64,000 nt of DNA from Eutreptiella sp. 'Long Island Sound 2002' (Eukaryota; Protista; Euglenida): positions 1,798,001 to 1,862,000 of the forward strand of contig OZ038379.1 in the NCBI GenBank assembly GCA_964036045.1. Direction: 5' to 3'. Under the pieces are notes generated by a model. The model was not told where the DNA came from, made no database searches, and saw nothing but the letters and a program-made list of their open reading frames with translations. Numbering within the stretch: position 1 is the first letter of the stretch; the number at the start of each line of letters is the position of its first letter. The position numbers and the translations under genes are program-made. This document shows, piece after piece, positions 37,560 through 50,001 of the stretch.

Positions 37560-38345
37560 TCACTTTTTGAGCCGCTTCTTTGGTCTTTCCAGCAGCACCT
37601 GCGGTTCAGCCCCTTCCTCCTCTTCTGCAAATCCCCCGTACATCTTTGTGATGGCCTCTTCCGAAGAAAGACCTTCGAGACAGTCTTCCATGTCTGCCTC
37701 CATATCGAACTCGTCGCCGTACGTTTCAGTCCAAAGCTGCGAAGCCCGCTCATATGCCGCTTCAAACTCCTCCTCAGGGATCAGCGGCGGTTCATACGGC
37801 AGGGGCTCCCCAAACAATGCTACTGTGTCTTGCACATAATGCACAGGGCACAACATGTGGCAATACCATAGCGCATCAATATCCTCTGCAGGTGCCATTG
37901 TCTCATATGGGTGGGCAGCACGTAATCGCAGCCATCGGTTGTACCGGAACAACCCGGCGTTCATGTCCATCAGATCATCGAATTTAGCATTACAGCGGGG
38001 AATCTCGTACTGAGAGAGGCTGTAAACGTCCGCAGTGACCACGAGAGGCTCTACCACATGCCATGGAATGCCCTTATTGTGGTGCCGACGCGCGCACCCA
38101 GAGCACAGTGCGCCACAGGCAGGGCACACCAGCGTGGGTATTTGGTTGCACTTGATAGCACAGCACCTCAGGTCCGGCTCTTGCAAGAATCTAGAAGCAG
38201 CCACACACGTGGATGCGGCACGGATGCTGCGCGGCTTCCGGCGGCGCTTTGGAGGCTTCGCCACGGACACTGAGGGGTTGGTTTGGGTGGGGGGCAGCAG
38301 CTCACATGGGTTCTGTCCCTTGGAAAGGGCCGAGGCCTTTACCAT
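37560..38345 (-). CDS. B-box-like zinc finger plus glycine-rich-domain-protein (GRDP/DUF1399)-like domain, 261 aa, intronless
   Basis: CCAIKC...VCPACGALCSGCARRHH...H fits a B-box-like finger. RYNRWL...PAEDIDALWYCHMLCPVHYVQD...LWTETYG matches the GRDP-type P-x2-D-[IV]-D-x2-W-H-x-H-x-L-x-P-x2-Y pattern from memory. Confidence 0.65.
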   Translation of the reverse strand: MVKASALSKGQNPCELLPPTQTNPSVSVAKPPKRRRKPRSIRAASTCVAASRFLQEPDLRCCAIKCNQIPTLVCPACGALCSGCARRHHNKGIPWHVVEPLVVTADVYSLSQYEIPRCNAKFDDLMDMNAGLFRYNRWLRLRAAHPYETMAPAEDIDALWYCHMLCPVHYVQDTVALFGEPLPYEPPLIPEEEFEAAYERASQLWTETYGDEFDMEADMEDCLEGLSSEEAITKMYGGFAEEEEGAEPQVLLERPKKRLKK

Positions 38346-39029
38346 AGGTCAAAAAAAAACCAGGAGAAATACTACAAAGATGTAGTCAGACAACTTGACA
38401 CAAGGCACAAATAAATGCAAGAAAGCGTTTTTATAGGCCTCTTTCACTTGCAACCTCCCGCCCTTTTGCACGAGTTCCCACCTTTGATAGGTGGAACGGT
38501 ACTGAAAATGGGGGGGGGGGAGCTGTGAGTCTCAGCCACTAGTCCAGGAGAGCTGCTAAAGCTCGAGCGAGAGCGAGAGTAAGAGCTCAAAAGACTGTCT
38601 CCACCTCAGAGATGGGGCTTTGTTGCACATAGCCCACTCAGTCACAGGCATGCATATTCATACCTCTGTGGAGCTGACACTTTGCTATCCATGCAACAAC
38701 CTTAAATTTGTTGTCTTGCCAATGCCAACACCAAATTTCTTGAATTCTATGCTCAGGTTAGGGTCACTGAGCTGGTGTAACCGGTTGCGGTTGGATTTTT
38801 CAATCCTCTTTAAGGTCTAGGGTGTAACTAACCTTTCTAGTGGCAGCAAGCAGCAACAAGCAAGCAAGCGAGCATGCGCAAAGTGGGAACCTGGTGGTGC
38901 TTCAAATTTTGCTGAAATTCTATTGCCTATCGGCAAGGCACCTCGAAGAGGAAGGGAGCACAGTCAGTCAATCAGGCAGTTAGTCATGATGTCGTTCAGA
39001 AGACCCCCACCCCCAACCAAACGCCCAAA

Positions 39030-41335
39030 TAGTGTGAAAAACAGACAAAAAGGGTCTTAAACATGCTTTACATAGGATATTTGATTATTGTGAATGGTCA
39101 GAATATCAAGGGAAAAAAAAGGTATCAAAAATTTCCATTTTTCGCGCTGCACAGGGTGAAAAACATGCTTTACGTAAGATATTTGATAATTGTGAATGGT
39201 CAAAATATGAGTTGCAGAGGGTGGAAAAGTGCATAAGCGGGTTGTGCCCCAGCCTCTTTGGGGCCCCAAGGTGAAAAGCACATAAAACGGGTCTAAACAT
39301 ACTCCACATACAACATTTGATCATTATGAATGGTCAGAATACTGGAAAAAATCAATTTCGGGAAATTCTATTGCCTTCGGCAAGGCACCTCGAAGAGGGG
39401 AGAGGGACGACCATTCTTGAGCTGCCGAGGTGGGAAAATTGCATAAGCAGGTTGTGCCCTAGACCCCTTGGGAGCCAGCCCCCGCCACACACACACACAC
39501 ACACACACCCAAATGGTGTGAAAAACACATAAAGAGGGGCTAAAACATGCTTTACATGGGATATTTGATCATTTTGGATGGTCAAAGTATCAAAAAAAAT
39601 CAGTTTTGGAAACTTCCATTTTTGAGCCGCCGAGGCTGGAAAACTGCATAAGCAAGTTATGCCCTAGACCCCTTGGGAGCCACCCCCCCACACACCCAAA
39701 TGGTGTGAAAAACACATAAAGAGGGGCTAAAACATGCTTTACATAGGATATTTGATCATTTTGGATGGTCAAAGTATCAAAAAAATCAGTTTCGGAAATT
39801 TCCATTTATGACCTGCCGAGGCTGGAAAACTGCAGAAGCAAGTTATGCCCTAGACCACTTGGGACCCCCCCCCCCGAACACCCAAATGGTGTGAACAACA
39901 CATAAAGAGGGGCTAAAACATGCTTTGCATAGCATATTTCATCATTGTAAGTGGTCACAATATCAAAAAAATGTTTTGCAAAATTTTCCATTTTTGACCT
40001 GTAGAGGGTGGAAAACTGCTGAAGCAGTTCGTGCACACACGAAATGCCATTGAACCACCTACTAAAAGCAATTTTGAAGCTTTTGGGGGGACCGTGGCTC
40101 GGGTACATGGGCCCAGTGGCCACTACGTGGGTCCCCATGGGTGCTCAAGTACCCGTATTGTCACCAAAACCCATCCTAGGGGCAACAGAAGGGCTTCGGA
40201 AAAAGTCGAAATGTGAAAAACTTTCAAGTGTGACACTAAATAGCCTACGCAACAGCAATTTTGGGGCTTTCGGAGGGCCATGGCACGGGCTACATAGGCC
40301 TAGCACCCACTACGTGGGTCCCGGAGGTGCTCAAATACCCCTATTGTCACCAAATGATCACCCATCCCATCCTAGGGGCGACGGAAGGGTCTCATGAAAA
40401 ATCGAATTTCAAAAAACTTGCACGCACCACTAAACAGCCTATCCAACGTGAAAACATCTAAGTCCTCACCGGCAAGGGGCCATATGGGGGGGGGGGGGCG
40501 ACGGAGGGTACCTGGAGTTGGGACCCAGGACACCCGCCATGGGTTAGGGGGTCCATATACAAGAAAAAAGTTCTTCAAGACCTAGGTCCAAATACACACA
40601 CAGCGGCCACAAAATGCAAAGAAGTTCTGACCCCTCCCCCCACCCCCCACCCCCACCCCCCCCCCCCCAAAAGGGGTACCCAGGTGCAGGGGGGGGGCGG
40701 TACAGGGGTCAAAATCCAAAAAATCATTGGGGGATCATTTTTGGTCCTAAAATGATGATTTTACAAGGGGTTAGACGTCGGAAACCATACATTGGGGTAT
40801 GCTACGCGAACGACCCCAAAAAGTGGGGGTATACAACGCTCGCGCCTGCGCTTGATCTAACAACCTCTCTTCGAGGTGATTCCATTTTGAGTGGTAGCGA
40901 GTGGAAAACTGCGTAACCATGTTGTGCCCCCGACCCCTTGCCCCCTCCAAACAACCAGATAGGGTGAAAAACACATAAAGACATGCTTTACATAAGATAT
41001 TTGATAATTGTGAATGGTCAAAATATCCAAAAAAAATTGGTTTCGGAAAATTCCATTTTTGAGCTGTAGAGGGTGGCAAATTGCGGGTTGTGCGCCAAGC
41101 CCCTTGGGAGCTAAATAGCCTACAAACAGCAATATCGGGGGTTGCAGGAGGCCCATGGCCCTGGCTACACAGGCTTAATAGCCACTACATGGGTCCCCAT
41201 TAGTGCTCAAGTACCCGAATTGTCACCAAATGATCACCCAAATCAATCCTAGGGGCGACAGAAGGATTTTGGAAAAAAGTGATAATGAGACATTTTGAAG
41301 TGTCACTAAACAGCCTACACAACAGCAATTTTGGG
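39030..41335. repeat. Repeat family A, large copy (tandem ~187-bp monomers of two types); continues at 51936-52335 and 56991-57190
   Basis: acatgcttt recurs at 39545, 39732 and 39918; ctacgtgggtcc recurs at 40123 and 40310. The sequence resumes without loss after the LINE and YR insertions. Confidence 0.9.
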
Positions 41336-42049
41336 CACGACTCCTTTTCACGTCCGTAGGCCTATGCACAGAGGTTGAGGGGCGAGGAAAGGGGGCCAAT
41401 GAGATTTATGGTGCCGCCTCCCCCCATGAAAACCCCCCACCTATGCCGTACGTCGGAGGGACAAACAAGTTGGGACTATCTCTTCCCAGCTCGCCCTCCC
41501 GTGGCGCCGTGTTGGCTGCCGCCCGTCATGTGCGGACCCCCCCCCCCCAAGGGGGAGGACCGAGGAAAGCCCAGGGCCAGCAAGCCTGCATGTCGCCCGC
41601 CGGGGGCGCCAAGGGGCGCTTGCCCAGCACCCGGTTCAATCAATTGTCATGCTTTTGTCTGTTTTGTGCTTGCATTTGCACTTGGCCTATTCCAACAACA
41701 TCACTCAGGTTTAAGTTTCCATTTTATGTCCTCTACACATCACTTCAACTTGCCATTCAGGATTTGTTACTCTTTTCAAAAGTGATCAGTGCTAATATCA
41801 GTCACCCGGCTTGTTCTTAGTCAACTTACCGTTATTTGGTAGATCTTCCTTTTTTGGAAATGGAAACATTTCCCTGGTAGCTAAGATTGCCTTCCTCTTG
41901 AAAAATGAAATTAAGCTGAATAATGTCACACTCTGCCCAGAATCTCTGGCTCACCCCAAAGGGGAGTGACAAAAACCCATAGGGGTTTTGGTACATCCTT
42001 CAGGTCATAGGACTATTGTAATTAGCTGAGGTGCGATGTGTATGCGCTA

Positions 42050-42420
42050 GGATATAGTGTGGCCACATATGGGTGGAAGAAAACCACTTGGGACCTGAAT
42101 GAGCCACACCCGGCACCACTAAGGGAATGGTGGGCCATATAGCCTACCCAAATGGTGCTGAACCACCCACATTCAGAATACCATGGCCCCGTATATTGTA
42201 AATAGTGCAACGAAATGCGAACACAATGGTTGTGTATGTGTTGGTTATAGTGTGGCCGCATATAGGTGGAACAAAACCACTTGGGACCTGAATGAGCCAC
42301 ACCCAGCCCCACTAAGGGAATGGTAGGCCATACCAAGCCCACATGGTGCTAAACCACCCACATGTAGAATACCATGGCCCCGCACACTGTAAATAGTGCA
42401 GCCAAATGCGAACACAATGT
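42050..42420. repeat. ~194-bp tandem duplication
   Basis: aaaccacttgggacctgaatgagccacacc occurs at ~42081 and ~42275. Confidence 0.85.
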
Positions 42421-43419
42421 AACTGTGAAGTCGGCCCAGGACACGTCGCCCAGGCCCGGCTGCTAAGGCCCCCGCCCACTCAATTTTGCTGTGCATGGTG
42501 AAGGACAGGTCATAGGTGTCTGAATTTTCGCCCTTTTTGAACCGTCTCAACATAGCTAGCCGAGTATACAGGGCTATGAGGTCTTTGTAGGCCGGGTGCT
42601 CCCCGCATTCCCGCACCATAAGCTGCGAGGGATGCGCCTCTCCTTGGGCGAAAGGGCCCAGGTGCTGCGCCACACGGCGCAAATGGTACCACGGTACATG
42701 GCGGCGGGACAGCCGTTGCAGGGGGTGCCCATAGACTAGTGTCGCTCCCTCCTTCTTTTGGGCGGGTGCCTTTGTTTGGGGCTGCGGCCGCACCCGTACT
42801 TCGGGGCCCAGGATGCCATAGCACTTCAGTTGCCGCACCTGGCGTCGCATTGCTAAGAGGTGTGGCTCAAGCGGCCGTGTGCCCCGGTGCGGCTATGGCC
42901 GGCGAACAGAGAGACCTTCCTCATGAGCTACCTCCCCAGTTCCCCCGGTGGAGGGCACGCATTGCCCCCGTATGCGCGGCGGTTGTGGCGCGCCTTGGGC
43001 AGGGCCGCGGCACAGTGGGTGCCCACCCCTTGCAGCATGAAGCCCCACCCTGCGACTAATGTTGTCGCATGCGGTATGCCATTAGGTGGTGCTGCAAGTA
43101 GGTCATGCGGGACAGAAGTACTGTGGCGCGGCGGTGGCGGCATGCCGGCCAGGGCAGCTGCAGCGGGGCTCGGGACTGTGTGCCGTGCCTCCGCAAATGC
43201 GGCGGGAGGGGGCTAGGGCCCTATCGGCGTTGTTGGGGTGAGCGTGCCCACCCTTGGAGGCATTGCCACCCCCGGAGCAACCGATGGCTATTATCTAAAA
43301 ATTGGTCCGAGCATTACGCGGTTGACCCCCTCTTCAACCCACACTAGGCTGACATTGAATGGGTTCTTGACTGTTGGGGACAAGGATTGCGTCATGTATG
43401 ACGGAAAAAGCAGGTCAAA

Positions 43420-43620
43420 AGGGCGTGTTTGTGTTCCATGGCATATGGTCAGCGATGTGATCTGCGCGGTGCATTCCTTTGCACACCGTGGAATCACTAA
43501 AACGTTTGACATGTTTGACAGTAAGTAGAGTACAACTCATAAATGTGTTGATTTGAAGCGAAAAGTGGCAGAGAAGTCAACTCTTGCCAGGTCTGCAGCC
43601 AAGTTAAAGGACAAAAAAGG
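43420..43620 (+). pseudogene. Ty3/Gypsy integrase N-terminal zinc-binding (HHCC) relic
   Basis: VPWHMVSDVICAVHSFAHRGITKTFDMFDSK fits the H-x3-H-x-G-x2-KT pattern. Confidence 0.6.
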
Positions 43621-43743
43621 TTGTAACCGGCGGGTAGGTGAAGAACAAGCACTCAAGGTACAATCTCATGGGGAGCAGTAAGTGATAGAGACAGTGCTTT
43701 AGCCCAAAGGGGACCACAAAGGCCACTGTCGGCAGGTAGTCTG

Positions 43744-44700
43744 CTACCACATAAACAGGCCCGAAGTCTGTAGTGAAGTCAGGATAGAAAAAAATGCGGG
43801 ATCAGGCTCCCCACTTGTCGTGCTTTCCTCATGTGTAGATGTAGTATGAGGAGACGTCCGCTTGGCTTCCGGCTCCTCAAAAGCGAAATCCGGGAACAAC
43901 ATGCGATCATAGAGTTTGACTTGTTCTACCACGGTGGCCTTGCGCTCGTTGCGTCGTTGTCGCTTAGGATCAAATGACTTATCAAGAACTGCATCAAGGC
44001 AATATTGCCGTGAGTTGATGTGTCGTTGTGGTAGTATCCCCTCTTGTAAAAAAAATAGGAGGGTGCCGTGAAATTCCACTAGTGCCTTACTGTGATACTT
44101 GAGTGGCTCCCATAGGAGCAACCAAACATTGGCTCCAACCCTGACATTGTAGTGCCTCTGGGCCCTGCCATACCCGGTGCTGTTTGGACATGGAGTTTGT
44201 TTTTTAATTGTTTCGATACCAAACTTGTTCCCCTGTTGTATAAATATGGAGGGGGTGCTCCGCCTCAAGCTGTGCAAACAAGTTGTTATGAACCTTCCTC
44301 AAACCTTTCCGTACAGCCAAACACACACTTGTCAGTTGCTGGAAAAAATCGACTGCATCCTCAGAGCCATGCTCACAGATGACTGGCCAGCAATCCCTAA
44401 ACCCAATGGGTTGTCTCCGAAACAGCAGCTGGTGTGGAGAATACCCATGCACTGGCGCAAGCAACTCATTTGCAGCCTAGGTGGCCAGTGGTAATAGGTC
44501 GACCCAATTGTTCTTTGCCGGCTGGGTAACGAATGTTTTGAGGGAGTCAACAACTACTTGGACAGCCCTCTCAGCCCTGCCATTTGAGCGAGGATGATAA
44601 ATAGGGGATTGCATCATGCCAATCCCAGAAAGTTGACACAGTGTCTTAAGAAACTCAAATGTGACCAAATGGTCATGATGTCAAAAGATCTGATGTGGCA
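43744..44700 (-). pseudogene. Ty3/Gypsy integrase catalytic core and C-terminal relic
   Basis: FLKTLCQLSGI...SPIYHPRSNGRAERAVQVVVDSLK...NNWVDLLP, then GYSPHQLLF...VGEQVW, with frameshifts. Confidence 0.85.
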
Positions 44701-47700
44701 ACCCCCATCATGCCCACTACACACTCCACAAAAAAATGTGCTTCGGGTTTAGCATTTAATGTTTTCTGGCACAGAATAGTTAAATATATATCCGATCAAT
44801 TGGCATACAACTACCATTACATTGTTGAGCTTTTGTTTGTTGCTCAAGCTGCAAGACTACTTGCTTAACAAATGGTAGTGCAAGATGACACTACCAACGT
44901 GCGGAGGCGAGACAACCCACAACAGCTCTTTCCCATGGCAGCCCATGCTTGGGCACGCCCACAGGTCTGTTGCAGCAAGGCGGGGCGAATCCCAACCTGG
45001 GCCGGAATGCTATAATATTCTTGGGTGTCTTTGCCTGGTCTATGTTGACAGGAGAATAGGCGATGTGATGTAGATTGAGAAGCAGACATGCAGTACGCTG
45101 TGCAGCCACTCCGCAAGGGAGTAGGGCAAATATCACAGGTAGGTGCGTAGGACAGGGAGGACACAGCCCAGCATTCCGCAGCGTTGTGCATACGGAGCAA
45201 GCTAGGGGCCTCGGTTGGCCGAGTTTAACCATGCCTCTTGAGCCACTGAGTTCTGTACAATGCACACAGATAAGCCACACATGTATTTATGCATTGCGGT
45301 GTCAAGTGCAGGCGGAAGGGGACCAGGTTGTGGGACAAGGCCGGCTCCCAGCCACCCGGGTGGCATGCCCGGCCGTATGTGTACCGCCGGCGCCGGGAGC
45401 AGCCGCAGCAGCGGGTAACTAAGGTCGGCCCAAGAGTAGCAACCGCGCTCCCCCAGCTGAGGCGCCCACAAGAAGAGCCGGCTCCCCGCCCTGGCCTGCT
45501 CGTCATGACACGCGGCCATAAGATACACCAACACCGCCAAATACATGCTGTGGAGGCGGTAGAGAAAGGCGTCCACAAGGGCCTTGTCGAGGCCCTCCGA
45601 GAGGCAACAGCCCCGCCCATTGGAGACAAGCTGGCCAATGCTTGGTCGGGCCGAAGTGGGGCAGGTCCGCCGCCGTGGCTAGCACCCACGGGGACCAGTT
45701 GTCGCGCACCCCATGGCACCATGGGCACTCCCACAAGACGTCTACTTCGTCCTCCTGTGCGGCCCCGCAAAAAGGGTACCTGGAGGCCGTTTGTAGCCCT
45801 TGGCCATAGAACGGTGCGGACATCCACAGAGCCCCCGCGAGGAGCCCGCGAAGCAGGGAGGCCCCCTTCTCGTTGGACGCCACCCGTAGCGCCGTACGGC
45901 ATGCCGTGCCATTCGCGTCATCTCCAAGGCCGCCAAACGCGGCGGGCCAGCGTGCCTCTAGCCGCCACACCGCATGGCAGCGCAGCGCAGCGCCTCGCAC
46001 ACGCCGTGTTGGACCGACCATGTGCAGGGGCTTCGTCTGCCCCGGCACATCCCAACACCACCGGGCCATCCGGGGTTGGAAGCCCGGGGCCCGAATTGTG
46101 TGGAGCGCGCGGCCCACGGCCCGATCGCTTGCACAAAGACTTGAGTTACCCCGGGGCACCGTGCCACCCGCACCGGCCAGACGATGCGCTCATAGCGCAC
46201 GTGCATGTCCGGGGAAATCCGGTTGCCGGGCGCCGGGACGCAGAACACGATTTACTTGGCCCGGGAGAGCCTAGTGGCGCCCCACGCAGACCGGAGGACC
46301 AGGGTCTCTAGCTTGGCGTGGTCTCCAGCTTGGGGAGGTCGCCGTCCACGACAAGGGCCAAGGTCACCCCATGTAGCGCCAAGGGAGTCACCGGGCTGCT
46401 GACCGCCCAGACCGGGCGGTGGAAGGCCACTAGGTGGGGCATGAGGTGGAGCGCCCCGTGGCCTGCCTCAAGGCGCTTGCTGAGCACCGTCCCGGTATGC
46501 CACAAGCCGCCACATCCACGCCAAGCGGGCAGAAGGCTTGCCAACGTAGCAGTACTACCGGGGCCCTCCGCTCCCTCTGCATCCGGGAGCAGGACGTGCC
46601 CATGCAGACGCCCTGCCCCGCAACCACTCCTCAGAGGCCGGAGTGGTGGCCTAGAGCGCCGCCGCCCGAAGGGCCAATGCCTGGGTGTCATCGGCATACC
46701 CCAGCGACCCCAGCGTCACGTACCCCGCGCCCTGGTCGACAAAAGGCGGGGGTTCTAAGGGGCCCTGGCCGTCCGCAGAGTCGGAGCCGGCTGCCGCGAG
46801 CGCTAGCGGCAGCGCTGCCGTGCCCACACAGACTTGGCGGCGGAGGGAGTCAATCTCCCGCTTCTAGATTGTGGTGAGAACATTCGCCAAGAGCACTAAA
46901 AGGGGACACCCCTGCAACAACCCATTGGTGGCCCTCCACCACAACCCGAGACCTTGAAGGCCCAGCGGAGCTGCTCGTATATGGTGCCCAGGGCGTGGCA
47001 CGTCCCAAGGTCCATGCCTAACTCCAACGCCAGTGCGAGCACCACAACCAAGGTGATGAGATCGAAACACTTAGCGTAGTCGAAATTCATCCCCCTAATC
47101 GCCCAGCGCCGGAGGTGACATAGCTCCAAAAAGATCTCGGCCTGGTCGCGTTGCGCGCCAAGCACAAACCCAAATCGCATGGGTGAGCCCAGGCCTCCGA
47201 GCAGCGGATGGCGTCCGCCAAGCAGACACCCGCCCAAAGGCAGTACACCATGGAGAGGATTGTGACGGGCCGGGTATTCAACGGCCCCGGTGGTCCCTCC
47301 TTGGGAATGAGGGCGGTGTAGTACTCCACCAACCGGGCCGGCCAACGGCCCCTGCGCTCCACCACCTAGAGCAGCTCAGCGAGCCACTCCAAGAGGACGC
47401 GGGAGAGAGCTTGCAGATCTGCCAAGCACCAACCACCAAGCCCCACCGGTGACGGGTGCATCCACGTGAGGGCATGGCGGGCCGTCAAAGGCAAGGCAGG
47501 CATTGGCACCCGGCGTATGTGGTGGCCGCAATGGCAAAGGAACTCCGCCGCATTTGTCTCCAAAGCCGCCGCATACTTCTGGTTCATAGGGCGCCAAGCA
47601 CCCTACAGCAGGCCGTCCATCAGCGGCAAGATCACCGTGGCCGTGCCGTCAGGGTGGGTGAGGAAGGTGACCGAGGGCACGAAGGACTCGTCCTTCGGCC

Positions 47701-49239
47701 ACCGGTACAATGTGCCCTAGTTCGTGGGCCACGCCTCCCCTCGCCACTCATGGGTATGCACGGTGCGGACCCTGTCCTGCAAGACCACTTGGAGGCAGCG
47801 TAGCCCCTCCTCCATCGCCACGGAATCCGGTGTGCCCCCGTTCCGCACTCGGGAGTACTGTAGGCCGAGGCAGTGGACGCGCTCCAACCAATTCGGGAGC
47901 GCCCACCAAGCCTCGAGGATCTTGCGCAGGGGCGGCCCCGACCTAGGGTCGGGCCATAACGACCAGCGGAGGACCGACCGCAGGGAGCCCAGTGCCGCTT
48001 CATCCATCGGCACATCCGTCCTGCCAACCAGATCCTGGGGCGGGGTTGCCCCGGCTTCATTTCCGCCAGCTCCGATGACTAGCTTCTCTGGCGTCGTGCC
48101 ACTGGAGTTAACGATCTCGGCAGTCCCCGCCTGCGTCGCACCCTGGGCTCCTGGACTGCCTCCTCGTGCCTCGGGGTTCTGCACCTTCTGGCACTTGCCT
48201 AACAGCAGTTTCATGCAGGCCACTCGGTACTGGTCCGGCCGCTTGACTGAGATCTCAGGCTTGTCCCCTCTCCAGCTCACCAAGGATGAACACCAGGTCT
48301 AGCACCTTCAATGGTGTCCCGGTGTAGAGCTTACTGCTCCCGGACGTCATGCACCGCAGGCACCACCTGTTGGACCCTATGCTAGATCCGAGCCACCCAA
48401 CCGTGGCTGTGATTTATCCTATTCCACTCCAAGTTGGCCAGGTCCAATACCTGCTTCTTGCCTACATGGTCTGGCCATTTTCCGTAGTGTCCAGTGGAAA
48501 ATTTGATCGAAGCGTCCAATCCATGTGGCGCACCCTCCATCTCGATTATTAAAATCGACTCGGCGTGAACAGAAATTGGTATGCATGCTGCATAAATGCA
48601 CAAACGGCAGCAGAAACAGGGAATGCATTCAACTTGAGTTTCAACGGAAACTACAGTTTTTATGTGCGCGGGCTCCACTGCCCCACTGCAGTTGCTTTAG
48701 TAGTCCGGTGGCCACTCACTCCCCTCCCGCTCCCTGACTGCCCTATTGTCGTTCTCCTGCCCGAGGCACAAACGCCCCCCCCCCCTCACCCTCCTCCTAC
48801 TCCTCCTCCTCCCTTTTACCACCCTCCTCCCTCTCGTCCTCCTCCTCCTCCCGTTGGTCATTGTCCACATGGACGACGTTCCTCGGGGCTGCTCCTGATT
48901 ATGCTGGACTTTGGACCAAGTCATTCTTCGCTGCTGCCACACATTGCCTTGCCAGGGGGCCTAAGAAGCAAAGGCAAAAGACTTGCAGACCCACAGGCCC
49001 GGGATGTGCACCACCATGTTGCATGTTACAGATATTGGTTCGCTGGTTGCACACTACTTCACACAACTGCACACATACGCGAAGAAACCTGCACCTTGTG
49101 GCACCTCTGACATGAATACTTGGTGCCACAAATGTTTGCGCCACAAAATGACCACCGTACGGGAACAAGAAAAAAAAGACTTAGGGAGGGGGTGGCACGT
49201 GAGGACGATGGAAGCGGGGCGGCTAGCACACCTGAAGTA

Positions 49240-50001
49240 GCCCCCCCCCTTTGTAATAGCTACGCCAAAGTACGGAATTAACATGGTCCCTACGCCTACT
49301 GTAGCTATTACAAGGGCGTAGCTTGCGCACGACACATACGACTACCAACATACACGTGAGAGAATGCATGGTATGAGTGCACCTTAACCTCCGCCCATGT
49401 TCCCAAAGGCATGCAAACACAAGAAAGTGTTTGAGACATGAAAATTCAGGTTCACACCCATGTTCTCACAAGCTATGAAGCATGAGAAGCCTACAAATGT
49501 TCGGATTGGAAACCCTTCTTGCGATCATACACCACGCGGAACAACTACACATGCTCACCACTTGAAGATGCCTTTGAAGATGCCTTTGCCCGAGGTTTAG
49601 GGGCCGGTTCGGGCTCGCGCAACTTCAACTTCTTGGGAATGAAATTGCCTTGCATGTGGTCTCTTGTAAAGTACAACTTCCCATCGTGTGAACGTGGAAC
49701 GTGTGCAAATCACTTGACGCCCACGTTGAAAAAGAGAAGATTGCATGGTGAGCTGGTGCAAGAAAGGGGGATATAGTACACAAATATCCCCCAAATCAGA
49801 GCTATGTGGGTTCAAGTGGGCAAACACTCACAACAAATGTGTCCATGACCCTATGTAGCTGGCAAATTTGTCGCCAAACCCATGTGTTTTGCGGCTGCAC
49901 TATATTCGCATCGAATTAAAATTAGGTACCAAATTAATACGGTCCCTACACCTACTATAGCTATTACAAGGGCGTAGCTATTACACGGGGGGGGGGGGGG
50001 C
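49240..50001. mobile_element. ~760-bp MITE-like element with homopolymer-tipped TIRs
   Basis: Left end g(c)9-tt-tgtaatagctacgcc; right end ggcgtagctattaca-c-(g)14-c. The internal motif tagctattacaagggcgtagct is repeated at ~49302 and ~49958. No TSD was recognised. Confidence 0.7.

Noticed and set aside
45289-48302. Plus-strand ORFs such as 45289-46311 and 47724-48302
   Set aside because: They are antisense to the LINE RT region in GC-rich DNA and have no domains.
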